Shown: positions 27,632-36,501 of the stretch, in pieces
Layout of the letters: the number at the start of each line of letters is the position of its first letter
Position numbering within the stretch: position 1 is the stretch's first letter
Assembly: GCA_035342015.1 (NCBI GenBank)
Contig: DAOQWI010000002.1
Span: 1-56,418 of the forward strand
Origin: Candidatus Ozemobacteraceae bacterium
GTDB taxonomy: Bacteria; Muiribacteriota; Ozemobacteria; Ozemobacterales; Ozemobacteraceae
Direction of reading: 5' to 3'
Length of the DNA: 56,418 nt
Notes under the pieces: generated by a model
What the model was told of the DNA's origin: nothing
What the model saw: only the letters and a program-made list of their open reading frames with translations
Databases searched by the model: none
Translations under genes and position numbers: made by a program

Positions 27632-27690
27632 TACTATATATACTTCAACTACTGCTGAAATCTGCCGGGAAAAATTCGAGGGAGAAACCT

Positions 27691-29943
27691 ATGAGAATAT
27701 ACAAAGCTGTCCTGTTGGCATTTCTGCTGGCGACCTTTCTGTTTCAGACTGGCAGTCAAAAAGCGCTTGCTGCAGACATCACCTTCGACTCATTCGAAGC
27801 TGCTGAAGCTGCCGCAAAAAAACGCGCTGAAGAATACCAGAAAAAAATGCAGGAACACATCAAGAATGTTAACGAACAATGGGAAAAGCAGCAGAAAGAC
27901 CTTGGTGCTGATTCCTCTTCGCCAGACATCAGCAAGATTACCACCCGGCAGGATGGCCAGAAGTCTTCAGACACAGATGCCAGCAAATCCCTCGAAAATG
28001 CTGTCAACTCGAGCATCAACCGGCTGAAAGATGAAATGGTAAGCAAAGCCGGGCCAACATCCACAGGCTTCGCCGGCGGAGCTGCCGGTTACCAGTGGAG
28101 CGTCAAATTCAAAAACGGCAAGTATGTTCTTTCTGATTCCTACAATGAAGCAGAATTCAACACCGGCAAAAAAAAGGAAGCAGAAGCTCCGGCCACGCCA
28201 CCAGCCCCGACCGAACCAGAAAACGTCGCCAGTGGCGAAGACAATGATTCAGATGCGGGTTCCGCAGCCGAACCTTCAACAGAACCGGCAGCCACAGCAG
28301 CGACCCCGCCAGAAACCACCCCCGCAGTCGCCCCCCCTGAGACCCCGTCTGCAACTACAGCTGACAGCAAACCTGCAACTCCCGCGACAACCACAGCCAC
28401 AAAACCGGCAACTCCTGAAGAACCAGCAAAACCTCTTACCGGCGTAGATCCGGCACCGGTCAAACTGCCACCGCCATCTATCAGAATGGTAATTCAGCAC
28501 CCGACCGATTTTTCTGAAGAAGTTTTTGCCAGCAACGCCAATTCTGAAACAACCGCAAACTATCGACTCGACAAATTCAAGATTCCAGAAGATACGCGCA
28601 TTAAAATTGCCGTTGAAGTCGGCGAAGATGTTAACCCTGAAGACGTTTCCATGGTAGTAACCGATGACCAGGGCGACACCGCCCCGGTGAGCGCCGCAAA
28701 ACTTAAGAATTATCGCCACATGTTCCGTGTTCCGTCTGAAGACCAGTATTCTGCGAGCGTCTATGTCAACAATCGAAAAGCCCCGGGCGGGCAGCAGAAA
28801 AAGATTCTTCAGGTTGCAATTCCGGTCGGCAAAGTCGACTTCGAAAGCCGAACCATCGACAACCAGCGAGGCAGTAAAAGTGGCACTGGTGCCGGCAATA
28901 TGTCATCATCCGATACCTCTTCATCTGGCGGTAACGAAAGCGTAAATCACTCAAGTTTCGGCAAGCCGCAGGCAGTAGACCTTTCTGATCTTTACTCTGA
29001 TCCAGCCAAAGCCGGCGCCACAGCAGCCGGTGGCGTTTCAGACAATTCAGCAGGAAGCAGTTCAGCAGGAAGCAGCTCCCCGGATTCAGCCGCGTCTTCT
29101 GGTAGCGATACCTCATCAGGCGATACCGGCAGTTCAGGTGGGCAATCATATTCAGGTTCAGAAAGCGCAACAGGCAGTAACGGCTCTGGCGAGATCGGCT
29201 ATGCGGGCTCTGCCCAGGGCACCAGTTCAGACGACATGGCCGGAAACACTGAAAATGGCGAAACTTCAGCTCCTGAAACCGGCGACAACCAGGAAACAGC
29301 GGCCACCGAAGAAAATTCGATTTCATCAGGTTCCGGCTCAGACAGCAATCAGCAGACAGCCGACTCCGGTATCAGGTACAGCACTGCCGATGGAGACTCT
29401 TCTCAAGGTTCTGAATACACATCAGACAGCGCTGAAGGCTCGGATGTTGCAGGCGCAGACGAGGTCGCAGGAGCAGAAACATCTGGTAATGCTGCAGACA
29501 ATGAAAACACATCAGGCACTTCTGGCGACAACCAGAAAGTGAAAGCTCCTGGTCAGAACGCCGCCGGAAACAAATCAGCAACCACCGGAAAAGAACAGGG
29601 AGCCGAAGAAGAAGACCCATTCCTGCTTGCCATTTCACTGCGTGCAGAGGCCCAGAAAGTTTACCAGAGCTTCGACTTCATTGACGGCAACACACAGACA
29701 TCTTCAGCAATCAAAGCAGGCGGCGAAGTCGTCTTCTCACTGAACATGGGAACCGACGTCAATCCCGAAAGCATTCAGATCAAGCTCTCAGATGGGGCCC
29801 AGGAAATAAAAGGCAACCTCAAGCGCATGGGCGAATCATTTGCCTACGTCTTTAAGAGCCCGACAGAGAGCGCCTATATTGAAGTTTCCGGCAAAACCAG
29901 CAAACGTTCATTCACCTACAAGGTTGGCATTCCCGTCAGATAA
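27691..29943 (+). CDS. Secreted modular low-complexity protein with an internally duplicated ~110-aa domain
   Basis: 750 aa. A GAGGGAGA SD precedes ATG 27691. Signal peptide is MRIYKAVLLAFLLATFLFQTGSQKALA. The order of regions is charged helical region, P/T/A-rich linker, domain copy 1 (~28468..28850), S/G/D/T-rich acidic tract, then domain copy 2 (~29614..29940). The copies share G-x-DVNPE, LK, F-x-x-P-x-E-x-Y and V-x-IPV. Confidence 0.75.
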   Translation: MRIYKAVLLAFLLATFLFQTGSQKALAADITFDSFEAAEAAAKKRAEEYQKKMQEHIKNVNEQWEKQQKDLGADSSSPDISKITTRQDGQKSSDTDASKSLENAVNSSINRLKDEMVSKAGPTSTGFAGGAAGYQWSVKFKNGKYVLSDSYNEAEFNTGKKKEAEAPATPPAPTEPENVASGEDNDSDAGSAAEPSTEPAATAATPPETTPAVAPPETPSATTADSKPATPATTTATKPATPEEPAKPLTGVDPAPVKLPPPSIRMVIQHPTDFSEEVFASNANSETTANYRLDKFKIPEDTRIKIAVEVGEDVNPEDVSMVVTDDQGDTAPVSAAKLKNYRHMFRVPSEDQYSASVYVNNRKAPGGQQKKILQVAIPVGKVDFESRTIDNQRGSKSGTGAGNMSSSDTSSSGGNESVNHSSFGKPQAVDLSDLYSDPAKAGATAAGGVSDNSAGSSSAGSSSPDSAASSGSDTSSGDTGSSGGQSYSGSESATGSNGSGEIGYAGSAQGTSSDDMAGNTENGETSAPETGDNQETAATEENSISSGSGSDSNQQTADSGIRYSTADGDSSQGSEYTSDSAEGSDVAGADEVAGAETSGNAADNENTSGTSGDNQKVKAPGQNAAGNKSATTGKEQGAEEEDPFLLAISLRAEAQKVYQSFDFIDGNTQTSSAIKAGGEVVFSLNMGTDVNPESIQIKLSDGAQEIKGNLKRMGESFAYVFKSPTESAYIEVSGKTSKRSFTYKVGIPVR

Positions 29944-30723
29944 CCCTTCAAATAAAGGCTTAAGCGACCCGGAGAAAACCTTTCTCCGGGTTCCGTTTTT
30001 TTCGAGCACCAGTAAGGCGCCAGAAGCATCGATACCCGAAGGCCGAACCATGCACTCATGACCATCAGGGGCTATTAAAAGAAAATCGGTATCCCAGAAA
30101 CCTGATGCATAACTGGACCAGAGAACAGCAAGATCATCAGGAGCCTGAGAGAAAAGCCCGTCCCATTCCTGACAAAAGGTCTCCAGAAATTCTGCCGGCG
30201 AAATCTCAGCAACGATTTCATCAAGCCCCGCCGAAGCGATTTCTGACATTTTCAGGGGTCGCAAATTAATACCAATGCCGACCACAAAACGCACATAATC
30301 AGCAAAGGCTGAAGCTTCGACCAGTATTCCGGCAAGCTTGCGCCGGGCATAAAAAACATCATTTGGCCACTTGAGCCATAATCCGGCCGGAATTTTCGAG
30401 CAGAATTTTCTGATGCTGGAAAAAAGGGCGATCCCGGCAATTAGAGAGACAGGAAAAGCAAGAGCTTCTGCCTGAAACGAAAAAGAAAACATCAGACATT
30501 GATCTGAACTGCTTTTCCAGGCCCGCTTGAATTGTCCGCGCCCGGCTGTCTGAGATTCGGCGATCTCCAGCCTGGCAGGCAGCACAGGAAGATTCCAGTC
30601 ACGTTTAAGATCGTCATTCGTTGAACCGGTTTCATGCACTCGAACAAGTTCATGCCGCGAAAAAAAAGGAATTTGCCTGAGCCTCAGCTGCAAATCTGCT
30701 ATCTGTATCTCAGAAAAAAGCAT
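29908..30723 (-). CDS. birA: Biotin--[acetyl-CoA-carboxylase] ligase (no N-terminal HTH)
   Basis: 271 aa. TGSTNDDL is present. QTAGRGQFKRAWKS corresponds to the GRGRxGRxW biotin-binding loop. WPNDVFYARRKLAGILVE is present. The start is 3 nt after the surE stop. The 3' end overlaps the convergent gene by 36 nt. Confidence 0.85.
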   Translation of the reverse strand: MLFSEIQIADLQLRLRQIPFFSRHELVRVHETGSTNDDLKRDWNLPVLPARLEIAESQTAGRGQFKRAWKSSSDQCLMFSFSFQAEALAFPVSLIAGIALFSSIRKFCSKIPAGLWLKWPNDVFYARRKLAGILVEASAFADYVRFVVGIGINLRPLKMSEIASAGLDEIVAEISPAEFLETFCQEWDGLFSQAPDDLAVLWSSYASGFWDTDFLLIAPDGHECMVRPSGIDASGALLVLEKNGTRRKVFSGSLKPLFEGLSDGNANLVGE

Positions 30724-30726
30724 TGC

Positions 30727-31485
30727 TCATTTTACAACCCCGGCAAGCCCTTCCATGGCTGAAAAATCAGTCAATTCGGGTTGCAGAGGAGTCAACGAAA
30801 CGAACCCGTTTTTCACGGCGACAATATCGCATTCAGGGCTGTTGTCAACCACTTCGGGCCATCCCTGTATCCAGTAATACGACTTACCATTCGGGTCACG
30901 CCGATGATCATAGGCTTCACGGTAATCGACCTTTCCGGCACGGGTGACTTTGATACCTTTGATGTTTTCATCCGGCAGATCAGGAACATTGATATTAAAA
31001 ACCCGACCGCCCTTGACCTGTGCCGCCATCAGGCGCCTGACGCACTCCACACCCCATTTTGCCGCAATCGAATAATCGGCATCTGAATGATATGAGTCAA
31101 GTGAGACCGCAAATGCGGGCAGACCCTTGAAAGCCCCTTCAAAAGCTGCAGCGACGGTGCCCGAATAGAAAATATCGACACACATGTTAGGGCCGCGGTT
31201 GATGCCGGAAACCACAACATCCGGCCGGGTTTCGAGAAGGTTCGCCAGAGCTATTTTGGCGCAGTCGGCAGGGGTACCGGAAACAGCAAAAGCCTTTTCA
31301 ACCTTGGCCGGGAAACCCACTTCCCTGACCCGCAATGGCTGAGAAAGAGTTAAAGAATTGCTGGCGGCGCTGCGTTCAATATCGGGAGCGACTACGGTAA
31401 CCTGACCTAGCGTGCCAAGAGCGTCAGCCAAAGCCACAATTCCGGGTGCGTTAATGCCATCATCGTTACAGAGCAGAATATACAT
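30727..31485 (-). CDS. surE: 5'/3'-nucleotidase SurE
   Basis: 252 aa. The N-terminus is MYILLCNDDGINAPGIVALADAL. SGINRGPN and YSGTVAAAFEG are present. A GGAGG SD lies upstream of ATG 31485. Confidence 0.93.
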   Translation of the reverse strand: MYILLCNDDGINAPGIVALADALGTLGQVTVVAPDIERSAASNSLTLSQPLRVREVGFPAKVEKAFAVSGTPADCAKIALANLLETRPDVVVSGINRGPNMCVDIFYSGTVAAAFEGAFKGLPAFAVSLDSYHSDADYSIAAKWGVECVRRLMAAQVKGGRVFNINVPDLPDENIKGIKVTRAGKVDYREAYDHRRDPNGKSYYWIQGWPEVVDNSPECDIVAVKNGFVSLTPLQPELTDFSAMEGLAGVVK

Positions 31486-31539
31486 GGTACCTCCACCGGT
31501 TCAAACGTGCTGCAAATCAGGGGGTAATAACTAAATAAC

Positions 31540-31568
31540 TTGCGGCTGCATGCAAGTCATGATAAGAT
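31540..31568 (+). promoter_or_regulatory. Candidate sigma70 promoter for ptsI
   Basis: TTGCGG (31540..31545), a 17-nt spacer, then TAAGAT (31563..31568), about 29 nt upstream of ATG 31597. Confidence 0.45.
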
Positions 31569-31587
31569 GTTCTAACTTTGTTTTCAA
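31559..31587 (-). promoter_or_regulatory. Candidate sigma70 promoter for surE-birA
   Basis: The minus strand reads TTGAAA (31587..31582), a 17-nt spacer, then TATCAT (31564..31559). Its -10 overlaps the -10 of the divergent ptsI candidate. Confidence 0.5.
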
Positions 31588-31596
31588 GGGTTTTTC

Positions 31597-33342
31597 ATGT
31601 TGAAAGGGCTGGCAATTTCCCCGGGTTTTGCCCTCGGGCAGATATATTGTCTCAGGCATGTACAGCTTGAGAATATTGAGGGCAGTACAATTGCCCAGAA
31701 TGAAGTTGACGGCGAAATTGAGCGTTTTCGCTCGGCCCTCGAAATTTCCAGAACCGAAATAAACCAGCTGCTTGAACTGCCCCAGATCAAAAGTAGCCTC
31801 GAAATTTCGAACATCTTTCAGGCACACATGACCCTGATCGATGACCCTGATCTGCAGAAAGAAGTTTCTAAGCGCATCCGCGAGCAAATGCGCGATGTTC
31901 AGTCAGTTATCAGCGCCGTCATCAAAGATTACAGCAACTTTTTCCGCAATCTGCCTGACCCTCAGTTTCAGGGCAAGGCAATCGATATCATGGATGTCGG
32001 CAAGCGCATTCTGAAAAACTGCCAGCGCCGCAAAAACCGGGCAAAGAACATTGACGAGACATCAGAAGGCATAATCATTGCAGCCGAAGACCTTACCCCC
32101 TCAGAAATCGTCAGTTTCAACCCTTCGCGAATAAACGGTATCGTCATCGAAGAAGGGACCCCGACGTCACACGCATCGATTCTGGCGCGCTCCCTCGGAA
32201 TTCCCGCCCTGATTCAGGTGAAAGACCTGATGAAAAAGGTGCATAACGGTAACTTTGCCATCATCGACAGCGGCAGCGGCCAGGTCATCATCAACCCTGA
32301 TGAGCCGCAGAAAAGGCATTACACCAGAGAACTTGAGCATTACCGCGAAAGACAGCGCCGGATTCTCGAAATTCTCGCCGAGCCTTCGGTCACGGTCGAC
32401 GGCATCGCCGTTTCTTTAAAGGCCAACATCGGGCAGACCGCCGACATCGATTCAGTAATTGCCAATCGCGCTTCCGGAGTTGGCCTGTATCGCACTGAAT
32501 TCGCCTATCTGACCAGGCGTACGTTTCCGACTGAGAACGAACTTTTCGAAACCTATTCAGGTGTCGTAAGCAAACTTGGCGACTCCAGCATTGTCATAAG
32601 AACCATCGATATCGGTGGAGACAAAATTTCACACCTGATGGGCAATTCACTTGAACGCAATCCTGAGCTTGGCTGGCGGGCAGTGCGCATGTCTCTCGAC
32701 TGCGAAGAGGTTTTTTCGACGCAACTGCGGGCAATTCTGCGGGCAGCGGCCCAGGCCCGGCCCGGCCAGGTCAGCATCCTTTTCCCGATGATTTCAAATA
32801 TCGAAGAATTGCGAAAAATCAAAGCCTTGTTGAACCGGCAACATGAAGATCTTATCAAAAACGGTTATGCTGCCCCAGAAAACATGCGGATCGGCATCAT
32901 GGTCGAAATACCTTCGGTCGCTCTTCTTGCCGACAAATTTGCCCGTGAGGTAGATTTTTTCTCGATCGGCAGCAACGACCTGGTTCAGTATACCCTGGCG
33001 GTAGATCGCACCAATTCGAAGGTTTCTCACCTTTACCAGCCGGCAAATCCTGCAGTTATAAAACTTATCAGTCAGGTAGTCAGAGTTGCCCAACAGAATA
33101 ATGTTTCTGTCAGCCTCTGCGGCGAAATGGCTGGTGATATACGTTACACAGTATTACTTCTTGGCCTTGGTCTGCGTGAACTTTCGATGAATGCCGTTCT
33201 GATTCCTGCCGTTAAACAGGTTATCAGGAGCGTTTCATTTGCAGAAGCTGAGCGTCTGATAGCCCCGGTTCTGAACCTTGACACCGCCGATGAAATCGAA
33301 CAGGCGCTTGGCAAAATTAACCACAAGCTTGGTATACAGTGA
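31597..33342 (+). CDS. ptsI: Phosphoenolpyruvate--protein phosphotransferase (PTS enzyme I)
   Basis: 581 aa. The N-terminus is MLKGLAISPGFALGQIY. The active-site His region is GIVIEEGTPTSHASILARSLGIPA. The PEP-utilising C-terminal barrel strings are GLYRTEF, IRTIDIGGDK, FFSIGSNDLVQYTLAVDR and LCGEMAGD. Confidence 0.94.
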   Translation: MLKGLAISPGFALGQIYCLRHVQLENIEGSTIAQNEVDGEIERFRSALEISRTEINQLLELPQIKSSLEISNIFQAHMTLIDDPDLQKEVSKRIREQMRDVQSVISAVIKDYSNFFRNLPDPQFQGKAIDIMDVGKRILKNCQRRKNRAKNIDETSEGIIIAAEDLTPSEIVSFNPSRINGIVIEEGTPTSHASILARSLGIPALIQVKDLMKKVHNGNFAIIDSGSGQVIINPDEPQKRHYTRELEHYRERQRRILEILAEPSVTVDGIAVSLKANIGQTADIDSVIANRASGVGLYRTEFAYLTRRTFPTENELFETYSGVVSKLGDSSIVIRTIDIGGDKISHLMGNSLERNPELGWRAVRMSLDCEEVFSTQLRAILRAAAQARPGQVSILFPMISNIEELRKIKALLNRQHEDLIKNGYAAPENMRIGIMVEIPSVALLADKFAREVDFFSIGSNDLVQYTLAVDRTNSKVSHLYQPANPAVIKLISQVVRVAQQNNVSVSLCGEMAGDIRYTVLLLGLGLRELSMNAVLIPAVKQVIRSVSFAEAERLIAPVLNLDTADEIEQALGKINHKLGIQ

Positions 33343-33875
33343 ATAAACGCCCAGCTCTCATAATGGCCCTGCTTCTGCTGAGCATTTTCTGCCATGCCTG
33401 TCAGGCAGACTCTGGCAGCAGTGCTCCTGCAGCACAACCATGGTCGCCGGTTTCCGTCAAGCAGGGCAATTTCCAGATACTGCCAGAAACCCGTGCCAGC
33501 CTGGCCGGCCATGAGCTGAACATAATGCTGGCCCGCACATTCGATGAAAAAGCTCTCGGGCTGATGTTTTATGAGAAACTCGAAGAAAACCGGGGCATGC
33601 TGTTTATCTATTCAGCCCCGCGCCTGATGTCGTTCTGGATGAAAAACACCATGATTCCGCTCGATCTGATATTTTTTTCTGAAAATCTTGAAATTACTGA
33701 GTGGATCGAAGGCATGGAACCTGGTTTTGGCAGACCCGAAGCAGGTTTACCCCACTACAAGGCAACCGAACCAGCTCAATATGCGCTTGAGCTCAATGCC
33801 GGAATGATCAAGAAGCTTGGCCTGAAAAAGGGCGATAAACTCGAAATCCCGATAACCCTGCTTTATTCAGATTAA
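33339..33875 (+). CDS. DUF192 domain protein (secreted)
   Basis: 178 aa. The GTG start overlaps the ptsI stop (GTGA, 33339..33342). A signal peptide is present. GLMFYEKLEENRGMLFIY...FWMKNTMIPLDLIFF matches the DUF192 core. Confidence 0.8.
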   Translation: MNKRPALIMALLLLSIFCHACQADSGSSAPAAQPWSPVSVKQGNFQILPETRASLAGHELNIMLARTFDEKALGLMFYEKLEENRGMLFIYSAPRLMSFWMKNTMIPLDLIFFSENLEITEWIEGMEPGFGRPEAGLPHYKATEPAQYALELNAGMIKKLGLKKGDKLEIPITLLYSD

Positions 33876-33879
33876 ACAA

Positions 33880-36501
33880 ATGCTCCCAGGATCTGTAGAC
33901 AACCTTTTAAGGCTTTCCGGGATCGTTATTTCTGCGGTTCTGGCGATACAGCCATGGTTGATCACCACGGGCTCAGAAGACCCTTTTCTTTTCAGTTCCT
34001 GGGCAATCTTTGCCGCCGGTTCAATAAGCGTATGCCTTTCTGCAGTTCTGCTGCTTTTTTTTAAACCACGCCAGGGGCAGATGGTTTTTCTCGGCGGTTT
34101 TTTCATGTTTTTTTCGGCAATAACCGTTTCTACCCTGAATTCCGGGTTTCTTTCCAGTCTGCGCAGCTCAATGTATCTGGTCACTCTGCTGCTGCTCACC
34201 GCATTTCTCAGAATGGCCCGCCGCGGCCAGGACAACCTTGCCGTCGCCGGCATGATCTCGCTGAGCGGTTCGTCTATGGCTATCTACAGTCTTTTGCAGG
34301 CGGCCGGCATCGATATTCTTGCCTGGAATTCCGATTATCAGATGGTCGGAACTTTCAGCAACCCCAATTTCCTTTCAGCCTTTCTGATTGTTTCAGCTCT
34401 GGTAACTCTCGGGATGCTCAATGTTCCAGGCCTGAAAACAACTGATCGGGTCATCTTCTCAGTGTTTCTGGCGATTCAGGGATTTGCCATAGTTTTTTCG
34501 GGCAGAGTCGGGGCTATTTTGAGCCTTCTCGTTGCTGCCGGGCTTTATTTTACCAGTTTCTGGGAGATACGCCCCGGCAAGCTGATGCGTCGCTCCGCCT
34601 TTATCGCAGGCCTGACTCTTGCGCTGATTTTAACCATCTTCTATGGCATGGCATATTACGCCACCACCTCCTACCCCTGGGAATCAATGAACAAAATGCC
34701 TTATCGCTATATGCCTGCGATAACCCGGCTGATACTCTGGCAGATGGGGTTTGCCATTTTTCTCGATCACCCGGTTACCGGCCTTGGACCAGGAGCCATA
34801 TCGTATCTGATGCCGGCACAGCGCCCGCCACAGGGCTCACTGATCGGGATCAAATCTTTCAATGATGACCCGCATTCGGCTACCGTCAGCATACTTGCTG
34901 AAACCGGTTTTATCGGCCTGTGGGGCGTCTGCACTATTTTTGCCGTAATTTTTGGCTGCTATGTCTGGCGGCGCTCAAAAGGCTTTAACCCGAAACCTTC
35001 AGACGATACCCCTGATAAAACCACGGAAAATTCTCAGAATAGCAACATCGCAACTGCCCCTGAATCCGACACGGGCACTCAGACTTCAGAAATTCCGAAA
35101 CCCGATGCAGTAAAAATGACGAACCCGGAAATCACTGACGAAGAAACCGCTTTTTTTCCCTGGTATTCTTCGGCAATCGCCATGCTGATATTCTTTCTGG
35201 CCTTCAAAGCGGGTTTTATTGAGGCCCCCCTGTTCTTTTATTCTCTACCGGTGGTTATCGCCGGGTTTGGGGTTTTAAGCGCCATCTGCTCACCCGACCA
35301 GAACTTCGGCCATCTCAATGGCCCACTTTTGAGTCGCGGCAGTATGGTTGCAATCATGACATTCTTTTTCTACAGCCTTTTTAACAACAGCATTTCAATC
35401 GTGCCGCTATCGGGCTTCATGGTTCTGATTGTCAGCCTGCATTTTTCATGCTGTCTGCGCGACCTTGTCTGGAAGCGAAAATTCAGACCGGCCGCAGTGG
35501 TTTTTCTTGCGTTTCCACCGCTGTTCGTTTTTTGTGCCTACAATTTTCAGATTGCCCATCATCTTGAACAGATCAATCTCTGGAAAGGGCAAAATCTGCT
35601 TGCCAGTTCACCGGTTGATGCTCAGACCTCTTTTACCACAGCAATCCGGGCAAATCCGCAGTCGTTAAAGGCTTATTATGGTCTTGCAATCAGCCTTGAA
35701 AAGCAAAACCGCCCGGAAGAAACCCAGGAAGTTCTAAAAAAGCTCGACGCGATGGTGCCAAACGCCTTCAATTCTAATTACGAACTGGCCAGAATCATGC
35801 TTACCCGCAAACAGGTGCTTGAAGCACACAGGCATGCCCTGAAAAACCTTGAATGGGACCGGGCACCACGGTCTTTTGAACTCCTCGGTCAGATCCTCGT
35901 GATAGAAGGCAAAAACGGCGAGGCTGAGAAAGTCTTCAACGAAGGACTGTCGCTGTTTCCGGCCAATATTTCTGAAAAAGAAGCAGCAGACCGGATTCGC
36001 CTGAATCTGGCAGGTATGGCGGCCAGCCGTGGCGATTTTGCCCGCTGTGAAGAATTGCTGCGACAGATAAGGTCTGAAGTTAAAAACGACATGAACAGTC
36101 TTTATCTGTCGGGCATGCTTCTGACAAGAAAAAATCAGAACGAAAAGGCCCTCGAATTTTTTGAAAAAGCACTGGAACTGTTTCCCCAGAACCCGAGATT
36201 CATGAACGCTATTGGCTACATTCTCTGCGAAATGAACATTGAAATGGAAAGAGCGGAAGAATTACTCGAAGGGGCATATCAGATCATCAGAAAATCAGAA
36301 CCAGTCGACCTCGGAGAACTTCTGATGATTTCGCACAGTCTCGGGAAACTTTACTGGAAGCAGGGCCGGAGCCGGGAAGCCGGCGAGCTTCTGAAAATTG
36401 CCTGGCAGCAGTGCCCTGAAGAGTGGTCGGTTTTAAAAGAAGAACGCCGCAGGGATTACGCTGAGTTCTGTGCTCAAAACGGTCTGGAGTTTCAACCATG
36501 A
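33880..36501 (+). CDS. O-antigen ligase/polymerase-like (Wzy_C) membrane protein fused to C-terminal TPR repeats
   Basis: 873 aa with at least 10 TM helices. Wzy_C-like strings are GTFSNPNFLSAFLIVSAL, LWQMGFAIFLDHPVTGLGPGA and DPHSATVSILAETGFIGL. The C-terminal ~300 aa carry TPR-like repeats (AYYGLAISLEKQNRPEETQEVLKKL, ALEFFEKALELFPQNPRFMNAIGYIL). Confidence 0.75.
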   Translation: MLPGSVDNLLRLSGIVISAVLAIQPWLITTGSEDPFLFSSWAIFAAGSISVCLSAVLLLFFKPRQGQMVFLGGFFMFFSAITVSTLNSGFLSSLRSSMYLVTLLLLTAFLRMARRGQDNLAVAGMISLSGSSMAIYSLLQAAGIDILAWNSDYQMVGTFSNPNFLSAFLIVSALVTLGMLNVPGLKTTDRVIFSVFLAIQGFAIVFSGRVGAILSLLVAAGLYFTSFWEIRPGKLMRRSAFIAGLTLALILTIFYGMAYYATTSYPWESMNKMPYRYMPAITRLILWQMGFAIFLDHPVTGLGPGAISYLMPAQRPPQGSLIGIKSFNDDPHSATVSILAETGFIGLWGVCTIFAVIFGCYVWRRSKGFNPKPSDDTPDKTTENSQNSNIATAPESDTGTQTSEIPKPDAVKMTNPEITDEETAFFPWYSSAIAMLIFFLAFKAGFIEAPLFFYSLPVVIAGFGVLSAICSPDQNFGHLNGPLLSRGSMVAIMTFFFYSLFNNSISIVPLSGFMVLIVSLHFSCCLRDLVWKRKFRPAAVVFLAFPPLFVFCAYNFQIAHHLEQINLWKGQNLLASSPVDAQTSFTTAIRANPQSLKAYYGLAISLEKQNRPEETQEVLKKLDAMVPNAFNSNYELARIMLTRKQVLEAHRHALKNLEWDRAPRSFELLGQILVIEGKNGEAEKVFNEGLSLFPANISEKEAADRIRLNLAGMAASRGDFARCEELLRQIRSEVKNDMNSLYLSGMLLTRKNQNEKALEFFEKALELFPQNPRFMNAIGYILCEMNIEMERAEELLEGAYQIIRKSEPVDLGELLMISHSLGKLYWKQGRSREAGELLKIAWQQCPEEWSVLKEERRRDYAEFCAQNGLEFQP

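Noticed and set aside
28124-29638. Multiple alternative-frame ORFs on both strands inside the 750-aa secreted-protein gene (for example 28124..28447, 28276..28719, 28766..29326, 29030..29542).
   Set aside because: They arise from the compositional bias of the P/T/A and S/G/D tracts. They have no SD and no start context. The main frame has a signal peptide, an SD and the duplicated domain.
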